The notes under the pieces were generated by a model, which was not told the origin of the DNA, searched no databases, and saw only the letters and a program-made list of their open reading frames with translations. A DNA stretch of 64,000 bases from IMG/VR virus record IMGVR_UViG_3300012956_000012, positions 1 to 64,000 of that record; one strand, given 5' to 3'. The DNA comes from a virus. Lineage: Duplodnaviria; Caudoviricetes. The position numbers were made by a program, and so were the translations under genes. Shown piece by piece: positions 27,331-37,447 of this stretch (its first letter is position 1; the number at the start of each line of letters is the position of its first letter).

Positions 27331-27796
27331 ACAAGCTTTAAAACTAAAAGCTATCGGATTTAATGAACTTTGTTTTAACAGGTTCTATACAAAACCTAAA
27401 AGTAAAATGTTTGGAGTTGATGAGAAAGGTAGGCATTATCCAATGAAAAATACTCCTAAAAAGTTATACACAACTGGGGAGCATTTTACTCTTAATTATT
27501 CTACTGTAATAGCAGCACCACTCTATCAACAAGCTTTTAGATGGTTTAGAGAGAAGTATAGTTGGCAACATTCAATAGAACCAACTAAGGACCAACATTG
27601 TTTTGAACTCGGATATAATTACTGGATTTGGAATCATATAACTGGTGAAGAACATCATACAATGCCAAAAAATAGACCAAGTGGTGATTGGGAATATGAA
27701 ACCTACGAAAAAGCAGAACTAGCTTGCTTAGACAGACTAATTGAAATAGTAGAATCTAAAATTAAAAATAATGAGAGCAACATTACAAAAAACTGA
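27305..27796 (+). CDS. hypothetical phage protein
   Basis: PYEQALKLKAIGF...APLYQQAFRWFREKY...TYEKAELACL; start either GTG 27305 or ATG 27281, both inside the GIY-YIG gene. Confidence 0.7.
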   Translation: MESLFCPYEQALKLKAIGFNELCFNRFYTKPKSKMFGVDEKGRHYPMKNTPKKLYTTGEHFTLNYSTVIAAPLYQQAFRWFREKYSWQHSIEPTKDQHCFELGYNYWIWNHITGEEHHTMPKNRPSGDWEYETYEKAELACLDRLIEIVESKIKNNESNITKN

Positions 27797-28373
27797 AAAC
27801 GGTTACGGATTAAAAGAGATGGTGGCTTTTGTATCAAGTGTACGTCCTGAACATAAACATCATAAACTATCTCTAAAAAACTGTAAAACTATTGAATTTG
27901 GATATGATTTGGATGAGTTATTTGAATCAGTTCCAAGAAATCTTACTGATGAAGACGATAAATGGAAAATTAGAGCAGGTTTTATAACAGGTTTCCAAAA
28001 AGCCCTTGAAATTCTTGGCGATAAAAAATTTACTAAAGATGATGTTATGCTTGCATGGGACGCTGGAGTAATGTCAAATTCAATCTGCACAACTACATAC
28101 CTTGGATTAAAAAGGGATGAGCAATTGAAAAGACATAGAGAGTCGTACCAATCGGACTTAATGCAAACATCACTACAACAAACTGAGTGGTCAGTAGAAG
28201 TTGAGATGGAAAATGATATTAATCAATGTGATGGTTGTAAAGCTGGTCATGAATTGGATGGCTATCTTCATATTGATCCAAAAACAGGTTCTCGCTATAT
28301 GGGCTGTCAAAAGGATAAATACCAGAGGCCAAAATTAGACGCAGATGGTTGCCTTATTTTAAAACATGTATAA
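27771..28373 (+). CDS. hypothetical protein (paralog of 22239-22490)
   Basis: KLSLKNC, EWSVEVE, RPKLDADGCLIL. Confidence 0.7.
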   Translation: MRATLQKTENGYGLKEMVAFVSSVRPEHKHHKLSLKNCKTIEFGYDLDELFESVPRNLTDEDDKWKIRAGFITGFQKALEILGDKKFTKDDVMLAWDAGVMSNSICTTTYLGLKRDEQLKRHRESYQSDLMQTSLQQTEWSVEVEMENDINQCDGCKAGHELDGYLHIDPKTGSRYMGCQKDKYQRPKLDADGCLILKHV

Positions 28374-28647
28374 TATGGAATATCCAAAAAGCATTTACTT
28401 AACTAAGGTAGCTTCTTTGTATACCTACATCCCAGATGAGTTTCAAAAATATCCTAGTGGGTTTGAAATCTTAGGTTTTATGTGGGAACATACTCTTCCC
28501 GAAAAAGGCTCACCTTTCTACTTATACAGTGATAAAAAGACTCCTTTCTTTAGAACTAGTGTTGTTACAGAGATTATGGAGAGTGATGATCAACACATTG
28601 TATTTAAAACGCTTAACAGCATATACGAAATAACATGGAAGAACTAG
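28366..28647 (+). CDS. hypothetical protein
   Basis: FRTSVVTEI...FKTLNSIYEI motif seen in phage proteins. Confidence 0.65.
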   Translation: MYNMEYPKSIYLTKVASLYTYIPDEFQKYPSGFEILGFMWEHTLPEKGSPFYLYSDKKTPFFRTSVVTEIMESDDQHIVFKTLNSIYEITWKN

Positions 28648-29195
28648 AAGATAACGTGTTACTCTTTATTGATTCAATTAAAATTCCACAAGAAAGGAAT
28701 TTGAAAATTGTAAAGGAGAGTGATTGGACTGTTAAAGCAGAGATGTCAGAGAAAGAAGAATTATATAAGGTTCACCGATTCTTTGTTGATAGGGCTGTAG
28801 ATAATGCTACAACGCTTTACAACATGTGTAATGGAGATACACGTAATAAATCTGTTAAAGAGGTCTTAGAAACGCTATCAGCGATTTTTAATCTACAATC
28901 AGAACGTGTTGAAAAGTACATTAATGATAATGATTGGTCTATTGACTTAGTTGAAACTGGAAAAGTTTCTGATGCTATGTTGGTAGAAGGAGAATTTCAA
29001 TCCGGGATGTTGAAGGATATAAATACTTCAAGAGCTAAAATGCAAAAGGTTAATATTGGAGATAACATTAAGAGTGTGAATGTTCCTATATTTGGTGATC
29101 AGCCAGTACCATTAATTATGCGGCAAGCTATTGAAAAGAAGTTTCCCGAAATAAAGGAGTATATTAACCAGAGAATGGAAGCCGCTAAGAAATGA
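28635..29195 (+). CDS. hypothetical protein
   Basis: 186-aa ORF in operon. Confidence 0.65.
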   Translation: MEELEDNVLLFIDSIKIPQERNLKIVKESDWTVKAEMSEKEELYKVHRFFVDRAVDNATTLYNMCNGDTRNKSVKEVLETLSAIFNLQSERVEKYINDNDWSIDLVETGKVSDAMLVEGEFQSGMLKDINTSRAKMQKVNIGDNIKSVNVPIFGDQPVPLIMRQAIEKKFPEIKEYINQRMEAAKK

Positions 29196-30586
29196 AATGG
29201 ACCCTCTATAAAGATCAAGAAGACTGTGTTAACAGATGTATGGATTACATTAATAGTTATGACAAGTCTCCTGCAATAGCTGTTCTTCCGACAGGAAGTG
29301 GAAAAAGCTTGATAGTGAGTGAAATTGCTGAACGAATTGGCGGAGGACTTTTGGTTCTACACTTATCATCAGACTTACTTTCTCAAAACCTAGAGAAGCT
29401 TCAAAACTTAAATTGCGAGGCTACTGTGTATTCTGCTGGGCTTGGTAGTAGAGTTATTTCTAAGCTTACGTATGCTACCTTAAAATCAGTCAAGGATTTA
29501 GGAAAAGAGATGAGAGCAGCTGGTATAAAAGCTGTGATTATAGATGAGTGTGATCGTAATTTTAGTCCGAAGAAAGGCTCTCTCTTTATGAAGTTCATTG
29601 ATGACCTAAAGCCTAGTTCCGTTATTGGATTTACAGCTACTCCTTGGTACTTACGTTCTAACCAAGCTATGACTTATCTTGAGTTCATGACTTCTGGTTA
29701 TGGGGCCTACTTTAAAAAGGTTTTGTATGTAAGTCAGATTCAAACATTAGTTGAAGCTGGGAGATGGACGCCTTGTGATTACGAGCTATATGAAATTAGC
29801 ACAGAGGGTTTAGTGGTTAATACAAACGGTAGTGATTACACTCAGGAATCAATATTACAATCCAATGAAACTCAGGGTATTAATAGAGCTATGTCTATCC
29901 GTATCCAAGAACTTTTGCGGGATGGTTATACAAGTATACTTGTGTTTGTTGATTGTATTGAAAATGTTAAAAGATTCGATGCTTGGCTGGATTGTTCTGC
30001 GGCATTAACTGATGAAACCTCTGCAAAGGATCGTAAAAAAATTGTGGCGAATTTTAAATCTGGAAAAACAAAAGTGTTGTTTAACTACGGAATGTTAGGT
30101 ATTGGATTTGACTATCCAGGTTTACAAGTTGTTATGATGGGTAGGCCAACTATGAGTTTATCTTTGTTATCTCAAATTTACGGTAGAGGTGTTCGTACTC
30201 ATCCAGATAAAAAGGTATTTAAGTTTATCGACTTTGGTGGTAATGTAACTAGATTCGGAAGACTTGAGAATATTCGTATAGAATATGTGGAAGGAATTGG
30301 TTGGTCTATGTTACAAGGAAATCACGTTTTATCCGGAGTACCTATTGGATCTAAGTGGACTGTAGAAGAAGTTAGAACAATTAAAAAAACCTCCCGTAAT
30401 AAGGAGGTTATTAATCCAAAAATAACTTTCTGGTTTGGTAAACATAAAGGTAAGCACTTAAATAAGGTACCTGTTTACTACTTAAAATGGTGGTTAGAAA
30501 AAATATCTGAGGAACCTATGACAGCTCAAGAACGAGAGTTGTTTGATGAAGTCAATAAGGTGATGCGGAATAAAGTATTGTTTTAA
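29192..30586 (+). CDS. superfamily 2 helicase (RadD/UvsW-like) with C-terminal FGKHKG domain
   Basis: LPTGSGKS, IIDECD, GFTATP, GFDYP, QIYGRGVR; C-term FWFGKHKG...VPVYYLKW. Confidence 0.9.
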   Translation: MKWTLYKDQEDCVNRCMDYINSYDKSPAIAVLPTGSGKSLIVSEIAERIGGGLLVLHLSSDLLSQNLEKLQNLNCEATVYSAGLGSRVISKLTYATLKSVKDLGKEMRAAGIKAVIIDECDRNFSPKKGSLFMKFIDDLKPSSVIGFTATPWYLRSNQAMTYLEFMTSGYGAYFKKVLYVSQIQTLVEAGRWTPCDYELYEISTEGLVVNTNGSDYTQESILQSNETQGINRAMSIRIQELLRDGYTSILVFVDCIENVKRFDAWLDCSAALTDETSAKDRKKIVANFKSGKTKVLFNYGMLGIGFDYPGLQVVMMGRPTMSLSLLSQIYGRGVRTHPDKKVFKFIDFGGNVTRFGRLENIRIEYVEGIGWSMLQGNHVLSGVPIGSKWTVEEVRTIKKTSRNKEVINPKITFWFGKHKGKHLNKVPVYYLKWWLEKISEEPMTAQERELFDEVNKVMRNKVLF

Positions 30587-30609
30587 GGGAGGATTTACCT
30601 CCCTTTTTT
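30585..30609. terminator. terminator at the convergence of the two arms
   Basis: aagggagg-attta-cctccctt plus T run between convergent stop codons. Confidence 0.8.
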
Positions 30610-31150
30610 ATGCCTCTATTTCTTCGTAAGTGATGGTGATATTTAATGTTCCAACACCTTGTGTAAAATCTTCTCCTTGGTAAGTAGAGAGTATAATTCC
30701 TTCTCCTAATGTGTTAGAGCTGGAGCTTATAGCTTCTTCTGCAGCATTCACAAACAAATTGAACTGTGATAAAACTGCAACTCTATTTCCAACTGAAACT
30801 AGTGCCATATCAACCAAACTATCAACAGCTCCTTGAATAGATAAGTAGTCTGGGCCTGTAGGTGTTAAGAATTTCTCTGAGCAGTTTGCCTTGATAATTA
30901 TCTTTTCAACAATAATAAAATGTCCTGGTACACCTGGTAATAATTCCACACCCACACTTCCAAGAGTAGCCATATCAGTCTCGTTCAAAGTTATGGCTGC
31001 AGTTTTGTACGGTGATGTTGGCTGTACTGGTGTTTGATTGTTCAATTCATCAATAAGTTTATTGATCTCGTGAACTTGCACATTCCTAAAATCCCCTTCC
31101 TTCTTTTCAAACTGACTTGGATACGGTCTTAACTTTAATTTGTTTAACAT
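30608..31150 (-). CDS. hypothetical protein, probably virion-associated
   Basis: last gene of the structural arm; beta-rich C-terminal domain. Confidence 0.6.
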   Translation of the reverse strand: MLNKLKLRPYPSQFEKKEGDFRNVQVHEINKLIDELNNQTPVQPTSPYKTAAITLNETDMATLGSVGVELLPGVPGHFIIVEKIIIKANCSEKFLTPTGPDYLSIQGAVDSLVDMALVSVGNRVAVLSQFNLFVNAAEEAISSSSNTLGEGIILSTYQGEDFTQGVGTLNITITYEEIEA

Positions 31151-31305
31151 TTCTTACCTCCTTTTCGCATCATAGTTTTATACTCAGACTTTCTCTCACT
31201 TTTGGACTCACTTTTTTCGTGTTTTGCCATTGCTTTTTTAGAAGAGTAAGTTTCTCCTGTCTTTTTCTCTGTGATCGGTTTTTTCTTTGTAGCTTTCTTT
31301 TTCAT
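31144..31305 (-). CDS. small highly basic protein (53 aa, not in ORF track)
   Basis: MKKKATKKKPITEKKTGETYSSKKAMAKHEKSESKSERKSEYKTMMRKGGKKC; fills the gap between two - strand genes. Confidence 0.7.
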   Translation of the reverse strand: MKKKATKKKPITEKKTGETYSSKKAMAKHEKSESKSERKSEYKTMMRKGGKKC

Positions 31306-31322
31306 CTTTTAGTTATTAATTG

Positions 31323-34300
31323 TTAGTCTTCCTTTTTCTCTTCACCTAAATTAAACAAGGTGTTGTCGTTAAAGTGGCGGAAAGAATCCACTTGCTCTTG
31401 AAGATCCATTAATTGATTAGCTCTTTTTGCCGGTGTTGCTTTTGCTAGTTGTTCCCAGAATCCTACTTTAGGGTTTTCTGTTGTAGCTATATCGTAGAGT
31501 TTGAACGGGTTCAACTTTTCATAAGTAGATAATGCTGGGAAAGGGGATTTTACACCATCAATTACAGAACCAGGTATACCAAATGCTGTAGATGATGCAA
31601 ACTCTGAAATAGTTCTTAAATAGATCAATTGCGACATATTTTCAAATACAGTATCATCATCATCATCAGCTGCAAATATCAATTCACCTAAAGCTAATGC
31701 TGCAGCTAGTATTATAACCTCTGTTAAGTTCCTTTTCATGTTTGCCTCTGCAAAACCTCCTTGCTCCATTGACCATCTCCATACAGCTCTTGGATTTAAA
31801 GCTTTTAGCTTTAACTCGTTAATAGCTCTACCAAATGTCCTGTAGTGTCCTTCTTCCATTGTACCAGTAGCTACATTGAAGTGTTGCTTTTTAAACTTCT
31901 TTGTGAGATTAATTAACAACCATCCTCTGTGCATTAGTAATGGGTTAAATATGATATCTCTCTGTGCCGCAACTTGGTCAATATTACTTAGTACGCCATC
32001 AGCATTCTGGATCACTTGTCTTGCTTTTGCTGAAGCTCTTTCAACAATACGATCGAACTCCGCTTGTGAACTACCTGCAAAAAGTTCTTTAAATTTACTA
32101 TTGTAAGTAACTTTGTCCGCCGTTATATTTAGATAATCGTAGAACGAGTTCTTTTCTAGTTTATTCCAAGCAGCTTCTATTTCACTTTTAGTTATAGAAG
32201 GGCTGTTTATTTTACTATGCTTAACAAACTCTGTATAAGATCTAAAAGATCCATCGGTATTTAATCTGTAGTCAGTAAGAATTGCAAGTATAATTTTTGG
32301 ACCTACAGGTTGGTTGGCTGCTTTTGATCCTAAGAAAGGTAATTTGTTTATTACTCGTGCACCTCTTCCAAATGAAGACTCTTTAACTCGTCCTTCAACA
32401 TCTTCTATACCAAAAAACTCTACTATCTGATTTAATTCACTTGTCTTATTTACTTTACCCATTTCAGCTAGATACTTAGCAGAATGTTTTCTAAGTAAAC
32501 TGTTTGATCTATTAGCAGAGGATTTATGATAATAATCTCCAGCAAATCTATCTACAACGTTAGATATTATACCAGTGGTTGCAGATGTCAAGTCTACAAA
32601 TGGGTTGAATGCTAGATTAGAGAATCTAGCCCACGCTTGTGCTCCCATACCTAACTTAGTTAAATCCACCTGCTTGCCAAATATCTCAACTTCAAAATGT
32701 CTTGACTGTTGTATACCATACAACTGGTAGTCTAAATATTCTTTAATTTTTAAATAGTAATTTGAAACCGATCCTTCTTTTAGAATACGGTTGCGTCTTT
32801 GAAAACCTCCATTACTGATAAATTGCTGGTTAGCTACCTTGTACTCCAAAGCTTTTAAAGTTCTTTCTGCTTTTCCTCTTTCTGTGTATAATACAGACTG
32901 TTTTAAATCAATCAATGCTGCTGCAACAGTGTTATCGGTTAACATCGAAGGATCTTCTACTTTACTTTGGAAGTATTTAGGTATAATCTTAGCATCAATA
33001 GTGGAACCAATCTTATTCAAATCTTGATTATCAATTAGCTCGCCATACGCTTTTTCATCTTTTCTGTTTTGGAACAAGTCTTTAACACTATCTTTAAACT
33101 TAGAAACATCTTTCCAGTTAGAGGCTCTAGCAAATTTTTCAAATTTTGATGCTGTCATTTGAACAGCTAAAAATTCGCTTTGATTTCCTGTGTCTCCATG
33201 GTTTTCAATTACTTGCTTCTTAGCCTCTACAAGCAATGTCAGTAATCGATATTCTTCTTGATTTTGAGATGGAGACATTTGAGTCAAATCCATAGTTGGA
33301 TTTTTCAACCAAGTTTCCATGTCAATGCCATACCTTTTGAAGAAATCTTTGTTTATGTACTTCGATACATTAGGTTTTTCATAGTATCCTCCAGGCATAA
33401 ACAAAGGGTTGTTTAAATCCTCACCAGAAGTATCTTCCACCCAAGTGTAGTCTGGAACTATTTCCATATACTCTAAAGCTGGATATGCTTTCTGAAGCTC
33501 TGCTTTTTTGTTTTTATCAAGTACCTCAGAAACCTTTAATGATCCGTTTTTGAAGGCTTCCATAACTTGTTCGTAACCATTTGGCTCGTAACGTTGGAAG
33601 TAACTAGCTACATTTCTCTTAGCAAATTCCGTTTTTAATACCTCTACTTTTGTAGCAGTATCCATTGTATCATTAATCTTACCCTCTGCTTTCATATCAG
33701 AAATAAACCTTTCGTGAGAAAGTTTTACATAAGACGATTTATTAGATACGATATCTCTTACCTTGGAAGCAAAACTAAGTACCTTACCCTTATTCGCTTC
33801 AGTCATGTGACTTAGAGCGAAGTCGTATTCAGATAGCGGAGAATCTTTAGCTAATTTAATAAAATCTTCGTTTACTTGCTTTCTTGTAGTAGATACTCCA
33901 ACTTCTTTGAAGAACGATTGAGGTACATCTAATTCAGCATTTAAAACTGAAATACGGGAATCAATTTCTCGAAGTTTATCCTGAATTGGTCCGGGCATAT
34001 TTATCACATCAGTCTCTAAAGGGTTACCTATCTTTCTATTTTGACGTAGAATAGCCTTCTTCGATCTCTGTAAGCTTTTATACTCGTCTAAGACATCTTG
34101 TTTTCTATCTCTGTTATTTGTATCTGGAAGAGAGTTTATGTATTCTTGAGCTACTACGTCAAATGATTGGTAGGAACCAATATTGCTGTAGTAAGAGTCA
34201 TTAAGGGTGATTGTAGCATTAGATGATATCCAATCAAAGGCTCCTCCTGACTCTTCTTGTAGACGTACTTCTTCTTTGAAAGCATCATTAGGATCACTAG

Positions 34301-37079
34301 TTTTACTCTTTTCTTTCAATTCTTTTCTATAAAGCATAGAGAGGTTAAAAGAGTCTAGTGCAACTCTGGATTCCTCTGGTAGGTCTTCAATATTGTATCC
34401 ATTCTCCAAGACAACTAAGTCTCCAGGAAAAGTAAACTCACTATCAATGTAGAATAGTTTATCCTGCTCTTCTTGTGTTAGCTGTGACAATTTAACTTGT
34501 CTAAGTCCTTCCTTTATATTACCAAATTGATCTACAACAGATAATGCTGCAGCTTTTGATCGCTTAGCTGCTGCTAACATTATTTTATCACCTTCTGAAA
34601 GCTTACTTTTGTCTATAGTTCCATTTTTATTTAACGCTCCCGCTTGCTTTAAAATGTCATAAACATTTGAGTTTGCGTTAGAAATGTACTCTTGTGTTGC
34701 TAGACTTACTCCAGCTGTAGTAAATCGCTCTTTTCTTTTTTCGTAATATTCTGGTTTGAATCGAAGTTCGCTATTATTCTCTTTCCACACCTTCATTTCC
34801 TTATTGTATTCGGAAATTAACTTTTCATCTTTTAGAACTTGAGCTGGTGTGAATTTTTCTAATAATTGCTTTACTTGTAAAGTGTCTTTACTAGTTAATT
34901 GAGTTACTATCTCAACTTGTCTGTTAAATTTATCGTTATCGTACCCATCCTGATCAATAGGAGACCAGTAGTAGAATGTTCCTTTTCCGTTCTTCTCTTG
35001 TCTTACTGTTTTTTGGTACTTATCTAGGCCTTGACTATAAATTTCTTCTAAAAAAGGGTCCGAGAATTTTTTAAAGGTGGAGTTTACTCTCTGCCCCATG
35101 TCACTTACTACTCTGGCAATCATTTGCACAACAGGGTTTTGCATTTGAGACATAAGCCCAAGCGCACTTCCTAAAACAGTTGTATCTCTGATGTTTCCTT
35201 CAATCTGAGACTTTACAGTTTCGATCTCCTTGTCAGTCATGTTAGATGTATCGAACTGTCTCTCAAATTCTTTCTGAACAGTATTTTCAAAATCCTGATT
35301 CATCCTAGGTTGGATATAAGATTTTGACTTTTCAATACTATCTATGGTTTCAACAAGTGAGTCAATTAAAGGTTTATTAGTACTTGTTTTAGCCAATTTA
35401 ACTAACCTGAGCTTCATATCATTTAACCCAGGAAGGATATTGTTTGTAAGGGTATCGTACCTCTTAGCATCCATTGTACTGATAGGTTCATTGTTTGCCT
35501 CAATCTTATCTAGGTTTGCAGCTAGCACCTTATACTGGCTATCAGCAATACTGGCAATAGTATTCACAGAACTTAGGATGGAGATTTCATCCATATTTTC
35601 TGAAATACGTTCTAACTCTGATTTATTTGGTACCTGTTGTTTTAAAACTCTTCGGTACATATCTTGTATCTGACTTGCTACAACTCTTAAGTTACTCTCG
35701 ATAGTTTTTGCATCGTTAGGCATTGCATTGTAGTAGAAGTTTGCCGAGGAAGTTTCCTTGTTAAACTTGGCCATATTCGCCCCCATAACAGCTTCTGCAA
35801 TTTGAGAGTTCAATCTGTCTAAAGATTTTCTATGGTGTGGTTTAAGAGCATCAGTAATTGTTGTCTTGAAATAGTTGAATATCTCAAGCAACTTATCAAT
35901 TAGTGATAATCTCTCTTCAGATTGATTAGCTGTATCAAAATTGGTTTTAAATTCTTTTGCTAATATCTTACCTAAGACTTCTTTTCTTACTTGATCTTCT
36001 AATTCTAAACCTTCATAGAATGGTGCGTACTTCTCTTTATAGTATGCAGCGTACTGACCATATTCTGGGGTCATGTGCACAGTAGCTAGGGCGCCGGAGA
36101 TAGAGTTCTGATCATTGTAAAACTCAATAGCTATGTGAGCTACCTCTTCAGATAGATCTTCAATAGTTACTTTACCTTCAGCAAAGGCTACCACACGGTT
36201 AACCATGTCAGATATAGCTTGGATATCCGGATCCTTACCGTATTTTGTATTGTAATTTTTTCTGTATTCTTCCAGTGTTGTAGGTGTAAATCCAAGAGTA
36301 GTTAAGAAGCTATTCAAACTTCTTAAAATGCTTTTTGCCTTTTGAGTTGTTTCAGAAAATGATGCTTCTTGAGTTACATCGTACTTCTTGTTTGCCGTTA
36401 AATAGCGGACCACTAAATCTACTTGGTTTTTATAAGTGTTGTCATTTAACTTGCTTGGAATATCTTGGATCAAAAATACATCTTGTTCCTTTTCTTTTTC
36501 AGCTACAACTAAGTCTGATTGGAACTCAACTTCTAAAGTCCCGTCTTTATTCACAGTAGTATACACTCCGAGATCTACTAAAGCATTTGCCCTTACCATC
36601 TGAGCAGTTACTTTCTTCGTTTCAGTGAAAGACCCCTTACCTTGAAATCTAGTAACACCATCTTCACCTAAAACTCTATCAGCAGACAATACTCCCTCTC
36701 GAACTCCATCTGTCAAGAAAGTAACTCTTTCACTAGAAGCTGTGTCAAACTTTGCGATAGGTGTGAATTCTCCATCAGTAGTTTTAAATCCCATAGCAGC
36801 TTGGCCATCAAGATCTGAAATTATTAAAGACTCTAGTGTTTCAAATTCCTTACCGCCTGGTGCTTTGTAGAACAACTTTGGTTCCCCTGTTTCATATTTT
36901 TGAAGGTCTTGTTTCTCAAACTTATCTGAGTATGCATTTGCCATTAATCTTAATGATGTGTCTGCATCACCTAAATAGATATTACTATGGATAGCCTTAA
37001 ACAACTCTGAAGGTTTACCCTCTGGAGTTGTTACTTTTACTACATTACCTTCTGCGTTTCTTTGTATTAAACAGTTCAT
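31323..37079 (-). CDS. giant virion (putative ejection) protein with a degenerate zincin-like motif
   Basis: 1918 aa; SEEVAHIA...EVLGK; hydrophobic helix plus poly-D near the C-terminus; structural-arm context. Confidence 0.7.
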   Translation of the reverse strand: MNCLIQRNAEGNVVKVTTPEGKPSELFKAIHSNIYLGDADTSLRLMANAYSDKFEKQDLQKYETGEPKLFYKAPGGKEFETLESLIISDLDGQAAMGFKTTDGEFTPIAKFDTASSERVTFLTDGVREGVLSADRVLGEDGVTRFQGKGSFTETKKVTAQMVRANALVDLGVYTTVNKDGTLEVEFQSDLVVAEKEKEQDVFLIQDIPSKLNDNTYKNQVDLVVRYLTANKKYDVTQEASFSETTQKAKSILRSLNSFLTTLGFTPTTLEEYRKNYNTKYGKDPDIQAISDMVNRVVAFAEGKVTIEDLSEEVAHIAIEFYNDQNSISGALATVHMTPEYGQYAAYYKEKYAPFYEGLELEDQVRKEVLGKILAKEFKTNFDTANQSEERLSLIDKLLEIFNYFKTTITDALKPHHRKSLDRLNSQIAEAVMGANMAKFNKETSSANFYYNAMPNDAKTIESNLRVVASQIQDMYRRVLKQQVPNKSELERISENMDEISILSSVNTIASIADSQYKVLAANLDKIEANNEPISTMDAKRYDTLTNNILPGLNDMKLRLVKLAKTSTNKPLIDSLVETIDSIEKSKSYIQPRMNQDFENTVQKEFERQFDTSNMTDKEIETVKSQIEGNIRDTTVLGSALGLMSQMQNPVVQMIARVVSDMGQRVNSTFKKFSDPFLEEIYSQGLDKYQKTVRQEKNGKGTFYYWSPIDQDGYDNDKFNRQVEIVTQLTSKDTLQVKQLLEKFTPAQVLKDEKLISEYNKEMKVWKENNSELRFKPEYYEKRKERFTTAGVSLATQEYISNANSNVYDILKQAGALNKNGTIDKSKLSEGDKIMLAAAKRSKAAALSVVDQFGNIKEGLRQVKLSQLTQEEQDKLFYIDSEFTFPGDLVVLENGYNIEDLPEESRVALDSFNLSMLYRKELKEKSKTSDPNDAFKEEVRLQEESGGAFDWISSNATITLNDSYYSNIGSYQSFDVVAQEYINSLPDTNNRDRKQDVLDEYKSLQRSKKAILRQNRKIGNPLETDVINMPGPIQDKLREIDSRISVLNAELDVPQSFFKEVGVSTTRKQVNEDFIKLAKDSPLSEYDFALSHMTEANKGKVLSFASKVRDIVSNKSSYVKLSHERFISDMKAEGKINDTMDTATKVEVLKTEFAKRNVASYFQRYEPNGYEQVMEAFKNGSLKVSEVLDKNKKAELQKAYPALEYMEIVPDYTWVEDTSGEDLNNPLFMPGGYYEKPNVSKYINKDFFKRYGIDMETWLKNPTMDLTQMSPSQNQEEYRLLTLLVEAKKQVIENHGDTGNQSEFLAVQMTASKFEKFARASNWKDVSKFKDSVKDLFQNRKDEKAYGELIDNQDLNKIGSTIDAKIIPKYFQSKVEDPSMLTDNTVAAALIDLKQSVLYTERGKAERTLKALEYKVANQQFISNGGFQRRNRILKEGSVSNYYLKIKEYLDYQLYGIQQSRHFEVEIFGKQVDLTKLGMGAQAWARFSNLAFNPFVDLTSATTGIISNVVDRFAGDYYHKSSANRSNSLLRKHSAKYLAEMGKVNKTSELNQIVEFFGIEDVEGRVKESSFGRGARVINKLPFLGSKAANQPVGPKIILAILTDYRLNTDGSFRSYTEFVKHSKINSPSITKSEIEAAWNKLEKNSFYDYLNITADKVTYNSKFKELFAGSSQAEFDRIVERASAKARQVIQNADGVLSNIDQVAAQRDIIFNPLLMHRGWLLINLTKKFKKQHFNVATGTMEEGHYRTFGRAINELKLKALNPRAVWRWSMEQGGFAEANMKRNLTEVIILAAALALGELIFAADDDDDTVFENMSQLIYLRTISEFASSTAFGIPGSVIDGVKSPFPALSTYEKLNPFKLYDIATTENPKVGFWEQLAKATPAKRANQLMDLQEQVDSFRHFNDNTLFNLGEEKKED

Positions 37080-37447
37080 TAAAAGTTCATTAGTTGTTCA
37101 AAAGTTCTTCTGTTTGTGATCCTTACTTTGTCCCCCACCTTAGAGTTGGTTATGTCGATAGCTCCTATTGGATTTCCATCTACTCTTTTGATGCAGTATA
37201 AGAACCATCCAGACTCAGCTATTTTTTCACAATTTACAATTTTGTATTTTGTTTTAAGCATACCTGTCTGAATAATCTCTCCAGGACTAAGCCTTTCTTT
37301 TATGCCAATAAAAGCTCTTTTACCAGGCTTTGTCATTTCGTCAGTTACTGTTGTCCAAGCAACTCTTACTGATGAAAAGAGGGATAGATCGTTCAAAGAC
37401 ATGTCTACTCCCTCTAGTCTAAAATCTCTTGGATCATCCACAGGCAT
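37079..37447 (-). CDS. hypothetical protein
   Basis: 122-aa ORF overlapping both giant neighbours. Confidence 0.6.
   Translation of the reverse strand: MPVDDPRDFRLEGVDMSLNDLSLFSSVRVAWTTVTDEMTKPGKRAFIGIKERLSPGEIIQTGMLKTKYKIVNCEKIAESGWFLYCIKRVDGNPIGAIDITNSKVGDKVRITNRRTFEQLMNF

Noticed and set aside
31117-31326. 69-aa Phe/Cys-rich + strand ORF
   Set aside because: It is the antisense shadow of the Lys-rich - strand microprotein.
31650-31672. Poly-Asp run as an RNAP DxDxD motif
   Set aside because: An acidic linker after a hydrophobic helix near the C-terminus, with no polymerase context.
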